Shown: in pieces, positions 25,528-37,621 of the stretch
Layout of the letters: every line of letters begins with the position of its first letter
Position numbering within the stretch: position 1 is the stretch's first letter
Source of the DNA: Chrysemys picta bellii
Lineage: Eukaryota
Length of the DNA: 64,000 nt
Direction: 5' to 3'
NCBI RefSeq assembly: GCF_011386835.1
Contig: NC_088794.1
Location: forward strand, 56,854,001 to 56,918,000
The notes under the pieces: generated by a model
Told to the model about the DNA's origin: nothing
The model's input: the letters and a program-made list of their open reading frames with translations, nothing else
Database searches by the model: none
Position numbers and translations under genes: made by a program

Positions 25528-25807
25528 GGGTACATCTACACTACAGGGGGGAGTCTATTTAAGATACACAAATTCAGCTACGTGAATAGCGTAGCTGAAT
25601 TCGACGTATCACAGCCGACTTACCCCGTTGTGAGGACGGCGGCAAAATCGACTTCTGCGGCTTTTTGTCGGCGGCGCTTACTACCACCTCCGCTGGTGGA
25701 GTTAGAGCGCCAATTCGGGGATCGATTGTCACGTCCCGATGGGACGCGATAAATCGATCCCCGAGAGGTCGATTTCTACCCGCCGATTCAGGCAGGTAGT
25801 ATAAACC
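25528..25807. mobile_element. Harbinger MITE (CpG-rich, young turtle family)
   Basis: TAA then GGGTACATCTACACTA at the left, TAGTATAAACC then TAA at the right. Internal hairpins AATTCAGCTAC/GTAGCTGAATT and GGGGATCGAT/ATCGATCCCC. Confidence 0.8.
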
Positions 25808-25849
25808 TAAGAATCTTTTTATTCTGCTCAAGTGGGACAATCCAGCACA

Positions 25850-26358
25850 CCCATAAGGAGCCAGGCACGGAGGTAAACCTAAGTAAACAAAGTGTCCCGG
25901 TGCGCGAGCTGCTTACCCTGACGGGTCGGGACAGCAACTGGTGGGGAAATGTTTTGGGAGGTGAGAAGCTGGGGGGTCACAGGAGTAACCCCTGTGACCA
26001 CCCCCCACATGACCCCACCCCTGGCCCGGGACCCCCACACTCTCCCCATCCCATCCCACCTTATCTGGGGCGGGCCAGGGGAGGATGTCTCTGGCCTGGC
26101 TGGAGATGCTCCAGCAGGCTGGGCAGCACGGCCGTAGCCTGCCCCGGCAGACTGGGGGGAGAGCAGCGTGGTCAGAAGTGGAGAGACTCTGGCCCCGCCT
26201 CTTCCCTTCTGGCTCTGCTGCCTCTCCATGCTCCCTCTGTTGGAGGGAGGGGCTGTGTCCCACCTCTCCCCCCTCTATACCCGTTCATATGCTGACCACC
26301 TTCTCTGGTGCTTCCCTTTTTTACTAAAAAAATTCAGTGTATGAACGAGTATATACGG
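25850..26358 (-). mobile_element. Tc1/mariner (Tc2/pogo-like) non-autonomous element, one end visible
   Basis: Minus strand begins TA|CCGTATATACTCGTTCAT, resembling Tc2-type CCGTA TIRs with a TA target. The other end was not found. Confidence 0.5.
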
Positions 26359-26622
26359 TAACTTGCCACTGTTAGGTGGATGGAGGACACCGTACATCAC
26401 TGTAGTTCCAAGAGACCATGTGACATGGGGAAAGCATTTGGTATCTGGTTGCTTCTCTCCTGCCTTCCAACTCAATTTGCAGCCCAAGCAAGACTCAGCA
26501 CAGCCATACACAAACTGCTAGGTCAACAGACCTAGTCAGTTTAATCACATTAGTTCCTGTTTGCATGTCAGGATTCAGTTTCCAGACAAGCAAAGCTTCC
26601 CAGAAGCTGGTGTCCTCTCTAC

Positions 26623-27000
26623 CAGGGCCAGCTCCAGGCACCAGGCACCCAAGCACATGCTTGGGGTGGCACCTGATAAGGGGCGGCGGGGGGAGTGCGG
26701 CGCTCCGGCGGCGCAGCGCTCGGCGGGGGTGCGGCGCTGGGGGGGAGGGGTTCCGGTGGCGCTCGGCGGGGGGCAGGGGCGGGGGGGTGCGGCGCGGGGC
26801 TGGAGGGGGTTCCGCCGGCGTGGCGCGTGGGCGGCGCGGGGCGCGGCGCTGGGGGGGTTCCGGCGGCGCTCGGCGGGGGGGGGGGGGCGGGCTCCGGCGG
26901 CGCTGCGGCGGGGGGGCTCGGGGGGGCGCGGCGGCAGGGGGCTCGGGGGCGGCGCTTTTTTTTGCTGCTTGGGGCAGCAAAAAAGTTAGAGCCGGCCCTG
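26623..27000. mobile_element. hAT MITE with GC-rich internal tandem repeats
   Basis: TIRs CAGGGCCAGCTCCAGG / AGAGCCGGCCCTG. Perfect 8-bp TSD CTCTCTAC at 26615-26622 and 27001-27008. Same TIR family as 2976-3192. Confidence 0.9.
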
Positions 27001-27939
27001 CTCTCTACATCTCTGTTTGGTGGATTCTGGTGTATTGTGAAGTCTTGAACAAACCCAAATGGCTGTGGGGGACCCTCTAGTTGGTGTCTCCTGGTTCGGG
27101 AACAGGTAAATCTGTCATGGGTTCCCATAAGGAGTGAAAGAGGTTACATAGCAGTGTCTCAATATTAACTGCTTACTGGAAGCTTGGAGCTTGGCCACGT
27201 TTTACAAGCAAGGTCCACCAAGGTTTGGCGATTTATTGCACCAGTAAGAATGCAACTTTAACAATAAAACAAGTACTTCTAAAAAGGTTCAGCCCTGCAC
27301 AAAGAAACCAACTACTCCCAAGGGAGCTTCTGAAAATAGAACAGACCTGACTGCTTGACTGCAGAAAGCCAAGCTTTTAAAATACCGTCCCCCCTCCTCA
27401 CCCTTACTTGCTGAATGTACCAGTTCCCTATCTGTTTCACTGTAAAGCAAACTGGAGTCTTGTAAAATGAGTTAGACACAAAGCAGATTGACAATGACTA
27501 GGACAGACAGCTGAACACTTTTCTGGTCAATACAATACTGAAAGTGAACGAGCTGAACCAACACAGCAGCGGGAATTCAGTCCTCAGGACATCCCTTCCA
27601 GCGTTGTTTGACTGGTGTAACAATATGGTAAAGCGAATCCTACATGTGCAAGTATTGCATATGCACTTCACTTAACTGTCACATGTCAGGTACAAGCGAG
27701 GGTGTGACTGGAAAGAGAAAGTGATGGAGACCTTTCGAAGGGATGGGGATTTTTTGAAAATTAAATATTTGAGAAATGGCACCATCACCCTTGCATATGG
27801 AGTGGTTAATGGGGATGAAAATACTTGTCAGTTTTCATTCGTTGATCAAGGCACTTTAAAAAGGAGGGTAACCATTTTTTTCATTATCCAGATGGGAAAC
27901 CGAGGTTTGGTTTCCTGTTTAAGGTCATAAATGAGTCAG

Positions 27940-28500
27940 AAGCAGAGCCAGGAAGGGACCATTAGATCATCTAGTGCAGAGGTAGGCAACCTATGGCACG
28001 TGTGCCGAAGGCAGCACGCAAGCTGATTTTCAGTGGCACTCACACTGCCCAAGTTCCTGGCCATCGATCTGGGGGGTTCTGCATTTTAATGTATGCATTT
28101 TATTTATAATGAAGCTTCTTAAACATTTTAAAAACCTTATTTACTTTACATACAATAGTTTAGTTATATATTATAGACTTATAGAAAGAGACCTTCTAAA
28201 AACGTTAAAATGTATTACTGGCACACGAAACCGGAAATCAGAGTGAATAAATGAAGACTCGGCACACCACTTCTGAAAGGTTGCCGACCCCTAATCTAGT
28301 CTGACATCCTCTTACGCAGGCCAGAGAATTTTGCCCAGGTACGCTTGTACTGAGCCTAAACTTGGGTTTAGCTGAAGTGCATCTTCTAGAAAGACATCCA
28401 GTGTTGATTTGAATATCTCAAGAGATGGGGACTCCACCCCTTCCCTTGGTAGTTTCTCCCAATGATTAATCACCCACACTGTTACAGATTTGTACGAATG
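27940..28500 (-). mobile_element. CR1 3' fragment interrupted by a hAT MITE
   Basis: GAAGGGACCATTAGATCATCTAGT resumes after the MITE as ATCTAGTCTGACATCCT...GCAGGCCAGAGAATTT, a CR1 3'UTR in reverse. Confidence 0.7.
27977..28293. mobile_element. hAT (Charlie-like) MITE
   Basis: TIRs CAGAGGTAGGCAACC / GGTTGCCGACCCCTA. TSD ATCTAGTG / ATCTAGTC (7/8). Confidence 0.85.
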
Positions 28501-29721
28501 AGTCTCCTAGTTCCAAGGGATGGAACACATTGCCTCCCTAGTTATATCTGAGTGTGCCCATGTACCTCTGAACTAACCTGGCACAAGACTGACAGAGGCT
28601 TGAAGGGGATAGTTACGATTTACATTTTTAGTTCTCAATTTTAACACTGAGCAAGAAAAAGCATGACAGAAGAGACCTAACTGCATGGCATGTGATGCGC
28701 AAAGCTGATCGAAACAGACAACTTTGGGGCTTTCAAACAGTAATTGCTCGGCAGTAAATTTAACAATTGTGAAAAAAGCAAATGCATCCTACCTGCTCAT
28801 GTTAACCTTTAAACAGATTGCTTGGGGGATATTGTAAATGCTGCATTAAAGTCCCAGTCAACAAGTGCCCTTCAAAACACAGAGGGGGACAAACGGTTTC
28901 CTTATACAAGTAAAGTTAAAAAGAACACAGCTTTCAACTGCTAAGTGCCAGACTTTTATAAACAGCTCTCTCATTTGAGATGTGTAATGCTTATTCACAG
29001 TCTCCCCAGCAGGACATTAACGCTGACTTCAGATAATCCTGGCGTCACAGGCAGTGAGTATTAGTTGCTAGCTACTGACTTCTGCTACAGCTCTACCAAG
29101 GTGAAATAAGACCGACTCATAGTACCTGGTATGATCAATTACATGCTGCAATAAATGCTCCCACTAAGATATAATGGATGGTGCTGGCAGACTCACTGTA
29201 ACATGTCCATTTATCAGCATTAAGAGTCCCAGGAGAGCATGAGGACAAATATTCCGGTTTTGAGTAGCAGTTTGTTATCCACTCCAGCCTCTACTGTGTC
29301 CTCAGCTCAGGAGTTTTTGAGAAAAGGGGGAAGGGGTTGAAGTCTTCCATTTACGCAGGACGATGCTCTCCAATCTCAAGCCCACACATGGAAAATGCAT
29401 CCCTGGAGTATGAGTTATTTGCAAAAACGATGAGGCCAGCATCTCCAAGGTGGGGCAAAGAGCAGAGAAGCCAAATGCAGTGTACTCTAAAACTCTGGGT
29501 TCAAACACAGAACTATGTCATGTTGGAAGGTTGGTTTTTTTTAAGAGTGGGCGGGGGGAATCCTTTGCCCATCATCCCTTTGCCACATGCTGTGTTTTGA
29601 GCCACAGGCTTACCAAACACCTTCATGAAGAGTTAAAAGGTGCAAGGGACAGTTCAGACAATAACAGTAAAGACCTGCCTGGAATAGAGGAAGGAGGCGA
29701 GGTGAACTGGAGGGGAAGAAG

Positions 29722-29856
29722 CTATAGCTCTTCTGATTCTGGGGGCTCGGTGGACGCTGAGAGCCTGGCTACGACCCGGGTCAAGGCCCTGTTTTCGGTC
29801 AACAGCTGCTCATTCATCTGCCTCAGGGTGTGAATCTGTTTGAGCTGGTGGAGGTT
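29722..29856 (-). CDS. PPP1R12B: PPP1R12B alternative C-terminal exon (non-leucine-zipper NLHQ tail)
   Basis: Acceptor ctctctgcag after an 89-nt AG-free tract, then [44 protein letters not shown]. Matches the human alternative tail [33 protein letters not shown]. Probable donor CAG|gtcttt at 29675. Confidence 0.93.
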   Translation of the reverse strand, partial: NLHQLKQIHTLRQMNEQLLTENRALTRVVARLSASTEPPESEEL

Positions 29857-32448
29857 CTGCAGAGAGTGAGACACGGAGTGGACAGAAAGACAGACAAAAC
29901 AGACCAAGGATATAAGAGGCCACAAGTGTGAATTTAGTTCACAAACACTAAAAAAAAAAGAACAGCAATGTGAGCGAAGTGGAGAGATGTGAAAGCACAC
30001 AAGAGGCTGGACAACACATTGAAGCATTAGAAAGGAAGCCTCAGGCACTGTCCATTCTGCTACAGGCTAAACCCACTTAAACAGCGGTTTTATTAAGAAT
30101 GGCAGCGTTCTCTTGTAGACTGTGTTCCATCTTACTGTCCTTGAAAGCCACACATGGTAACCCTGGACACAGTACCTGAACTTTCCTTACAATTTACTAA
30201 GAGCGTTTGACATCAATGACTCAATGGCCACAGGGACCATGGTTTTGAAAGCAGCTCAGGGGCAACTAAGAATCTCTAACTCTTCCTCGTCACATGACCT
30301 CCTGCCCAAACAAAAGCAGCTTTGTGTAGTAAAGCAGGTTCTTGTAGTAGAGTTGCGTAGAGGAATTTTGAAAATACAGATTGCACCACATACTAACTCT
30401 ACTGTCCTTCACTCTCCAGCCTGCAGAGCTATTTCCAACAGCAAAGGGAAGGATAACCTGTGCCTTACAGTCCTCTGATCTGCCTGACTCTCTACCCAAG
30501 TACCAGCCATCCCCATACTAAGACTAAAGCACATGCATAGTTCTATCAATGCATCTGCTGCAGCCCTGCAATTCCATCCTGTGTCTCTCACCACTCTGAA
30601 CAGCAGCATCTTCTACACTGGTGCCTGGTCATCTACCAATTGTGCCAAAGTGCATGTGTTCGTGCATCCCCGCCGAGATCACCACTCAATTCTTCTCTGC
30701 CACCCAAGCTAAATTTGAGCCCCGATCTCAATCAGTGAAAATTCAGTGCCCCAAGCCACCCAGCTCCCAATGAATTAGTCGTTTTTAAATAGAGAAATCT
30801 ATTTCTTCCTGAACAGTGCTGCACTAAATAGCACCCTAAACAGCAGGCATACTAGGAACAAAGCATTCTCAATTAACAAAAGAAATCAATGGACCCAGGG
30901 CAATATAGAGATGAAATTAGTACAGTTATAGCTGCTACAGGAGAGGGGAAAAGTAAGATGAAGGAAAGCATGGAAGACGCACAGTAAAAGGAAAAGCAGT
31001 AAGAGCAACACAGACACTAGCTGAATATCAGCCATTATTCGTATTATGCCACGAACGGCAATACACATGCCAAGTTCAAGTGACAGGAAGTGACTGAGGA
31101 CTTGCCAGGTTCCCTCTTCCAGCAGGACCAGCCACTAGCCAGTCCAACAGAGGCACAGCCTTGTATCTAGCACATGCTGTATCATGGAGACGGGTGCAGA
31201 GAAGTTGAGCAGAGACTGAAGCAGTCATGAGAAGAACAATCCTAAATTCAAAAGTGAAAACATCTAGGCCCTGATCACGTCGGCTTAAAATCTTGTGTTC
31301 CCTGAAAATTCAAACAGTCGAATGCTCCTCCGAGTACCCGGGCATACGCTGGGGTGGGTTCTGAAGGGAAGCAGCCACTGGAAAGGTAATGCTATTTATG
31401 CAGTTTAGTCAATATGGTGGATTAAAAAGGAGGCCTCTATTCATTGGAGCAGCTGGTCTTTCCCGAACCGTAAGATGCACCGGCAAACTGGCCAAGAGCT
31501 GAAGGACTACATCCAATTTGCATCAAACAACACTGACTACAGTCACCAGAGGGACCACTGCAGGCTGGGACCTGTAGCATCTGAGGGCTGTACCTATATA
31601 TTAAAGATGAGGGCAGTTGCAAATGGCATTTGAAATCCCCATGCCATAAACCAATAGCAAATACCATTCAGATGGAACAGAGGGACAAAGGACTTTATTG
31701 AACAAGTCAGGAAGCAGGAGAGCTAACCCTAAAGCCTTGGAAGATAAACATAAGCAGCAGAGGTGAATAGAGGAGAGTTGCTTAATATCAGTGTTGTCAA
31801 GCTTAAACTATGTGCTTCTTACAAGCAACAAACAGCTACTTCTACTTAGCCTGTTTTTATATTCACCAGCACTATTCATTTTATGTAGCAGTGAACGTTT
31901 GATACAAGGGGCCAAATTCATCATTGGTGTCAATGGCAGTGTAAGTTATGCATTTGATGCAAGGAGAAAATTAGTGGGGATTTCCAAAAGGATTCAGCAT
32001 TCAGCTGATCGGCAAAATGAGTGGAGCTTACACATAAATGGGAAAGAACAAACAATGGCCTTTAGCACATTGCAATGAACATGTGTAATGGAATTGGAAA
32101 GAAATCTCCTTGTGAATCTCAGGGAGGGAATATCCTACACTAGGGAAATGAGTATAGTCTATCCCTAATTTGTCCAGGCCAAACTGGTCTCTCACTATGA
32201 ATATTCATGCACCTTTAGTAGACCAGAGCAGTCAGCCTCAAATATGATCTAAACTGACAAATATTGGGAGACTGATATGCTTACGATACTGCCTCAAAAC
32301 AGACACCAAGAGAAAGCCGTCCCCTCGTGGCATTTCAGTTAAGCTGCAGTGTTTCACTGGAGTCATGTGGCTGGCAAGAATAGAACAAACATAAAATAGA
32401 TCTAAGACGTAAAATGAGAGGTATGTATTTGAGAGAGAGCATTATATT

Positions 32449-33651
32449 TGTGACATTGTGCAGTCTATATGGTTTTATAAAAACATGATAATAAGTGAAT
32501 ATAATGTAACTGGGATAGTTTTAGAAAAATATGGTAATAAGTGAATATAACGTAACTGGGATATGCTTCATGCAAAAGGTCTCTTGTAAGGTATCATTAC
32601 AAAGCTTATAATCTACTGAGTATGATCATCCGATTTGTATAAATGTACCACTCTCGTATCTAAAACTAGAAATATAAAATATAACTCTGAGGGCCTATTG
32701 TAATTATGTAGAGTGTGGGCCATTAATGATGGTTTGGAATCTTGATGACTCCCATTAACCAGGACCATTGTCTGCAGATGGCTGTGTTTACCTGTGAGTC
32801 TTCCTGTATATGTGTGTGCTGCAAGTGGGTAATGAAGTCTTGCAGTGACATGTGATCATGTCACCTGAACTGGAATCCATCTTTAAGCTGATGCTTTTCC
32901 AGTGCGGGGGGGTGGAAATCCAGAGGGACAAAGGGTTCCCGCCTTATGCAAAAGTTATATAAAGGGGTGGAACAGAACAAAGGGGAGAGGAGCCATCATG
33001 AAGAATCCCCTAGCTATCACCTGAGCTGCAACAAGAGCTGTACCAGGGGAAAGAATTGTGCCCAGGCCTGGAAGGTGTCCAGTCTGAGAAAAAACTTACT
33101 GAAGCATCTCTGAGGGTGAGATTATCTGTATTCAGTTTGATTAGACATAGATTTGCGCATTTTATTTTATTTTACTTGGTGACTTACTTTGTTCTGTCTG
33201 TTACTACTTGGAACCACTTAAATCCTATTTTTTGTATTTAATAAAATCACTTTTTATTTAGTAATTTACTCAGAGTATGTATTAATACCTGGGGGGAGCA
33301 AACAACCGTGCATATCTCTCTATCAGTGTTCTAGAGGGCGAACAATTTATGAGTTTGCCCTGCATAAGCTTTATGTAGGGTAAAATGGATTTATCTGTGT
33401 TTAGACCCCATTGGGAGTTGGGCATCTGAGTGCTAAAGACAAGCACACTCCTGTGAGCTGTTTTCAGGTAAACTTGCAGCTTTGGGGCAAGTGATTCAGA
33501 CCCTGGGTCTGTGTTGCAGCAGACGGGAGTGTCTGGCTCAGCAAGACAGGGTGCTGGAGTCCTGAGCTGGCAGGGAAAACAGGAGCAGAGGTAGTCTTTT
33601 GCACATCGGGTGGCAGCTCCCAAGGGGGTTTCTGTGATCCAACCCGTCACA
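32449..33651 (+). mobile_element. Solo LTR (1203 bp, probably Gypsy)
   Basis: TGTGAC...GTCACA termini. Perfect 5-bp TSD ATATT at 32444-32448 and 33652-33656. TATATAAA at 32956-32963 and AATAAA at 33240-33245. Confidence 0.92.
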
Positions 33652-34109
33652 ATATTGATTTAGAGACAATGTTCATATTCCAGTACAGATATTGGATCCA
33701 AGCCTCAGAATGCCAGCATCTGAGCACAGCCTGGCCTCACCAACACTGCAACCTACAATAATCTGGTGTTGGCTACTGTGTGTGTACACACCCAGCAAGG
33801 CAAAGCACCGTGAGGAAAGCCAGCTTTCCAGTTCTTACACTCAAAGAAAGCCCAGTAACAGCCAAAAAGCCACGCCCAAAGCCAACAGCAAATACCAGCC
33901 CCTGAGTGAGACTGCTACAATTGCTCATTGCTTTTCTTGGTACTTGGGCTACAGAACAGCACAGTCCAATGCAGCTGTCTGTGAACTCAATTTCCAGCAT
34001 CTTGGGCGTGCATCAGTCAAATACAATGAGTTTGCACTGGTTCTCAGACTTTTCTATTGGTGACCCCTTTCAAACAGCAAGCCTCTGAGTACAACACCCT
34101 CCCCCACCT

Positions 34110-34266
34110 TTATAAATTAAAATAAAGGTTTTAAAAAATATATTTAACACTATTATAAATGCTGGAGGCGAAGCAGGGTTGGGGGTGGAGGTTGACAGCT
34201 TACAACCCCCATTTAACAACCTCGCAACCCCCTGAGGAGTCACAACCCCCAGTTTGAGAATCCATG
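34110..34266. mobile_element. hAT (Charlie-like) end fragment
   Basis: Ends CCCCCAGTTTGAGAATCCATG, a TIR of the CAG.G.TTCTCAAACT type. Confidence 0.55.
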
Positions 34267-37200
34267 CATTCGACCATCCAGCTATTTCAAGAGGGCTCAA
34301 TGCACACATCTCTCACCAAATGCTGGGATCCTCTTCTGCTGCACAATATGGGCAGCTTCCATTGATTTCAGTGGAAGTTTCCTGTATCCTGTTTTAGGAG
34401 AATGGAGCAACCTTGGGAGCTTGGGCATTGAATTCAATTCAGCATAAATGGTAATTTTCTTTCTACTAACCAGATTCCTGCACCTTCAGTCAGATCAGCA
34501 CCACCTCAGATTTAGTCAGGAAAACATTCGGCACCCCTCTATCACTTCAGCAAGAGTGTGTCTGTGGGCACATTTCTCTTCACGCACTGAAGGTTTCTCA
34601 GGATCAGCTATTTTCTTCTTTACACTGTTCCCTGCTTTTTGGTTGCTACCTTAGCATCAAGCTAAGTCCATGAATTGGGGGAGCCAAGTAACTAGTATTC
34701 CGAAGCACAAGACGGGGCAGAAAAGCTTTGCACCCTGTACGCCCAAGCACTGTGTGTGATCCTCACCTGCTTCTCTAGCCCTAGAGAGTCTGCTACAAGG
34801 GGATTCAAGTCCTCTCTATTCACTCTGGTTGGGATCAGTCTACTGGAGGACACCTGATGCACAGAGCAGGAGGAGAGCAAGACAAATACCAAAGGAACAG
34901 GGAACTTGGAAATAGGTCAGACATACAATAACTCAAAACTTGTTATGACCTTCTGAAAATGACAGGATTAACACTAGTGCTAATGACCCCAGATGTTTGA
35001 TTATTGGAACAACTCACATTCCACGCCTCCATGTTAAGGAAAATTAGTGAACTGGCTCAACTGACACCACTTCAGGTCAGTAGGCAGAGCTGGTGGGAAT
35101 ATACAAGACTAGCAAGCAAGGGGAAGATGGGGTCAGCAGCTCCTCTCTGGTGGCAGTGTTGGGAGTGATGCACAATCACACAGGTAAATGCTTTAGTTTT
35201 CATAGTGCCATTCACACGCGATTAAAATGCTTATTCTCTTAAACCTCTCATTCAGCTGATTAGACAGTGTCAATTCTCTCACTTTCAGGAAAGATGTAAG
35301 ATGCTAGTGAGTAGCCTGCTTTTCTAACAGTCCTGAATGCTCACAAGAATTGCCTCATTTAACATTTCTAGCTCAGCAATTTATACCCTCTTAATGAGTG
35401 GCTGGCAGCCAAGAAATGCTACAACACAGCAGGGTCTGACAGCATTCTTATGAACTTTCTGCAAGAGTAACAAGTCAAAACGTAACGGCAGCACAGAGGA
35501 GCTGCAGTCAGGGTGAATGTATCTTTGTTCTATTAACACAAGGTCACTTTGCTGCTTTCTTCGGGAGGAGCCCAGTAAAGTGAGGCTATGAATGGGTAAA
35601 AGTAGCTGATGAAAAGAGTAAGTGTCAGTCCAGGGGCTCTGGTAGGCCAGTCCCAGTACTTTGTCAGCATCAAATGCACTGAAGCACACAGAACTGACAG
35701 GCCATCGATTGGCCTGTTTACTCCGCAGTTTAAGCTGCGTTGTGGTCCACATGCACACTTACTGCGAGGAAGATTTACACCTCAGATTGCTGCAAACTAA
35801 GTGTTCATATAGACAAGCCCACTGTTAGTATGACTGCTGTAAAAATAGGGGAACATGGTTACCCTGAGAGTCACATTTTCATGCCTATAAGCAAGAACAA
35901 TTTCTCTGTGGTGATGAAATGCTCACTATTCTGGTGCTTATATTTAAAATAAATGTATACATGTGAACATCTAGTCCCCAACTCCCTCCTCTCCCACCAG
36001 TTAGTAAGTGTGGATTTCAAACTTTTCTGCTAATCAAACTACTGTTTGAAGGTCTGTAGACAAAGACTCCAGCTGAGCTTTTTTTACCCACAATTAATAA
36101 TTACATTCCGGGTTCTTCATTCTCCCTGCTCTATTCGGGTTCTTACATGGTACCGGGATGTCTGCCTCCCTATGTGAGCATTCAATTATATGTGACAGCG
36201 TCATAACGTGGCCTTTCTGGGACACTGACATCTCCAGACTGTGCCCAGAACCTCACTTTGTAGTACCATCTCTGAGCCCCTGCCTACAACCGGGGAGTCG
36301 AGATCCTCTAGTAATTTGAGTTTAAGATACAGGAATAGCCAACTGGAGCTTTACTTCAAAGACTCATTATGCTCTGTAAAAATCTGAAGCTCCTTTGAGC
36401 AAATGTGAAATTGGAACCATCTCCAGCAAGGCAGGAAATCGCTTTCATCACTGCAATAGGTTAAGGGGATTCAGCAGCTCTTAACCCTCACGAGGAGAAT
36501 CCTTCTTTTTGTTTAAAGTGATGAAGCTAAGTCCCACTTGGACTGCGTTCAAAGGGAAATGAACCGGGGGGAGAGAGAACAAAGAGGTGCGTTCTATCAA
36601 TGTCAGCAGGAGTGTATTGCATAAGATGATGTAACATTGCAAAGCCAGCTTAAAGCCTTCAGTTCACTGGGACAGCACAACATGCTGCCCCCCTCTCCCC
36701 CCCATCAGAATAAGCTGACTCCAGAGCTGTGCCAGCCAGATCAGTGCTCGCAGGGCTTTCAAGTGAGGGTGGCAGTCCTTCCATGCAGCTGACTGGCGGG
36801 AGAAGTGGCAAAGCAAAGGAGCTGTTTGAGTGGGGCAGTCGCTGCGCTGAGAGGGCATGTGCTACTCAGCATCCCTGTACATTTCAACAGGAGTAAGAGG
36901 GAACAAATATAGGTAAGTCTAACAACAATCTTCTGTTCCAAGATGACTTACTGAGATTTCCTTCCAGCAATGTGTTCTCGGAAGGGAGGGCAGAAGTACA
37001 ATCATTTTAAGTTTTCCCCTGGCTGCTGTGTGTGACTTCTCAAAGCCACCATCACCTCCCTGACAAACTCCTTTGCCTTTCCAGTTCACATGAAATGAAA
37101 CACGGAGGGCTTTACTTTAGCTGGCCTACTGCTCCAAGGCACGCAGGATCAGCACAACAAAGCTCACCCAGGAGATCACAAAGGGTTAGTTTCTGAAAGC

Positions 37201-37483
37201 TCTCTGGGAGAAATAGCTTCCACTGTTGTGTGATCAAATGGCACAGGCATAGATCCAATGTGAGATGCAACTGACTGAGTGATCAGATATAGCAATTCTA
37301 GTATCAGCCCATGCTCTGAGAACATGGCCAGTAACTCAAGTCAGGATTGCATAAAGGGACACACACAGAGAGTTACATTGGACACCTCTTCCCACACAAC
37401 GTACTCCACTCCTGCATGATAACCTCTACAGTCATTAATCCTAAACACAGAAGGGAAAACGGGGTGAGCAAATTCTTTCATAC

Positions 37484-37534
37484 CTTCATCTCCTCCTCCA
37501 TTTCAGAAAGTCTCCGCTCGAGGGCTCGTTTCCC
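37484..37534 (-). CDS. PPP1R12B: PPP1R12B exon GKRALERRLSEMEEEMK
   Basis: ctaaacag acceptor, AAG|gtatga donor, 51 nt, phase 0. Human is ERRALERKMSEMEEEMK. Confidence 0.95.
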
Positions 37535-37621
37535 CTGTTTAGAAACATTTGAAACACTGATGATCATGCGGCAGATTTGGGGAAGAACTCAATACTTTTT
37601 CTTCAAAGAAAAAAAATAGTA

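Noticed and set aside
26495-27128. Several overlapping 117-171 aa Pro/Arg/Gly-rich ORFs
   Set aside because: Artefacts of the stop-poor GC repeat inside a TSD-bounded hAT MITE.
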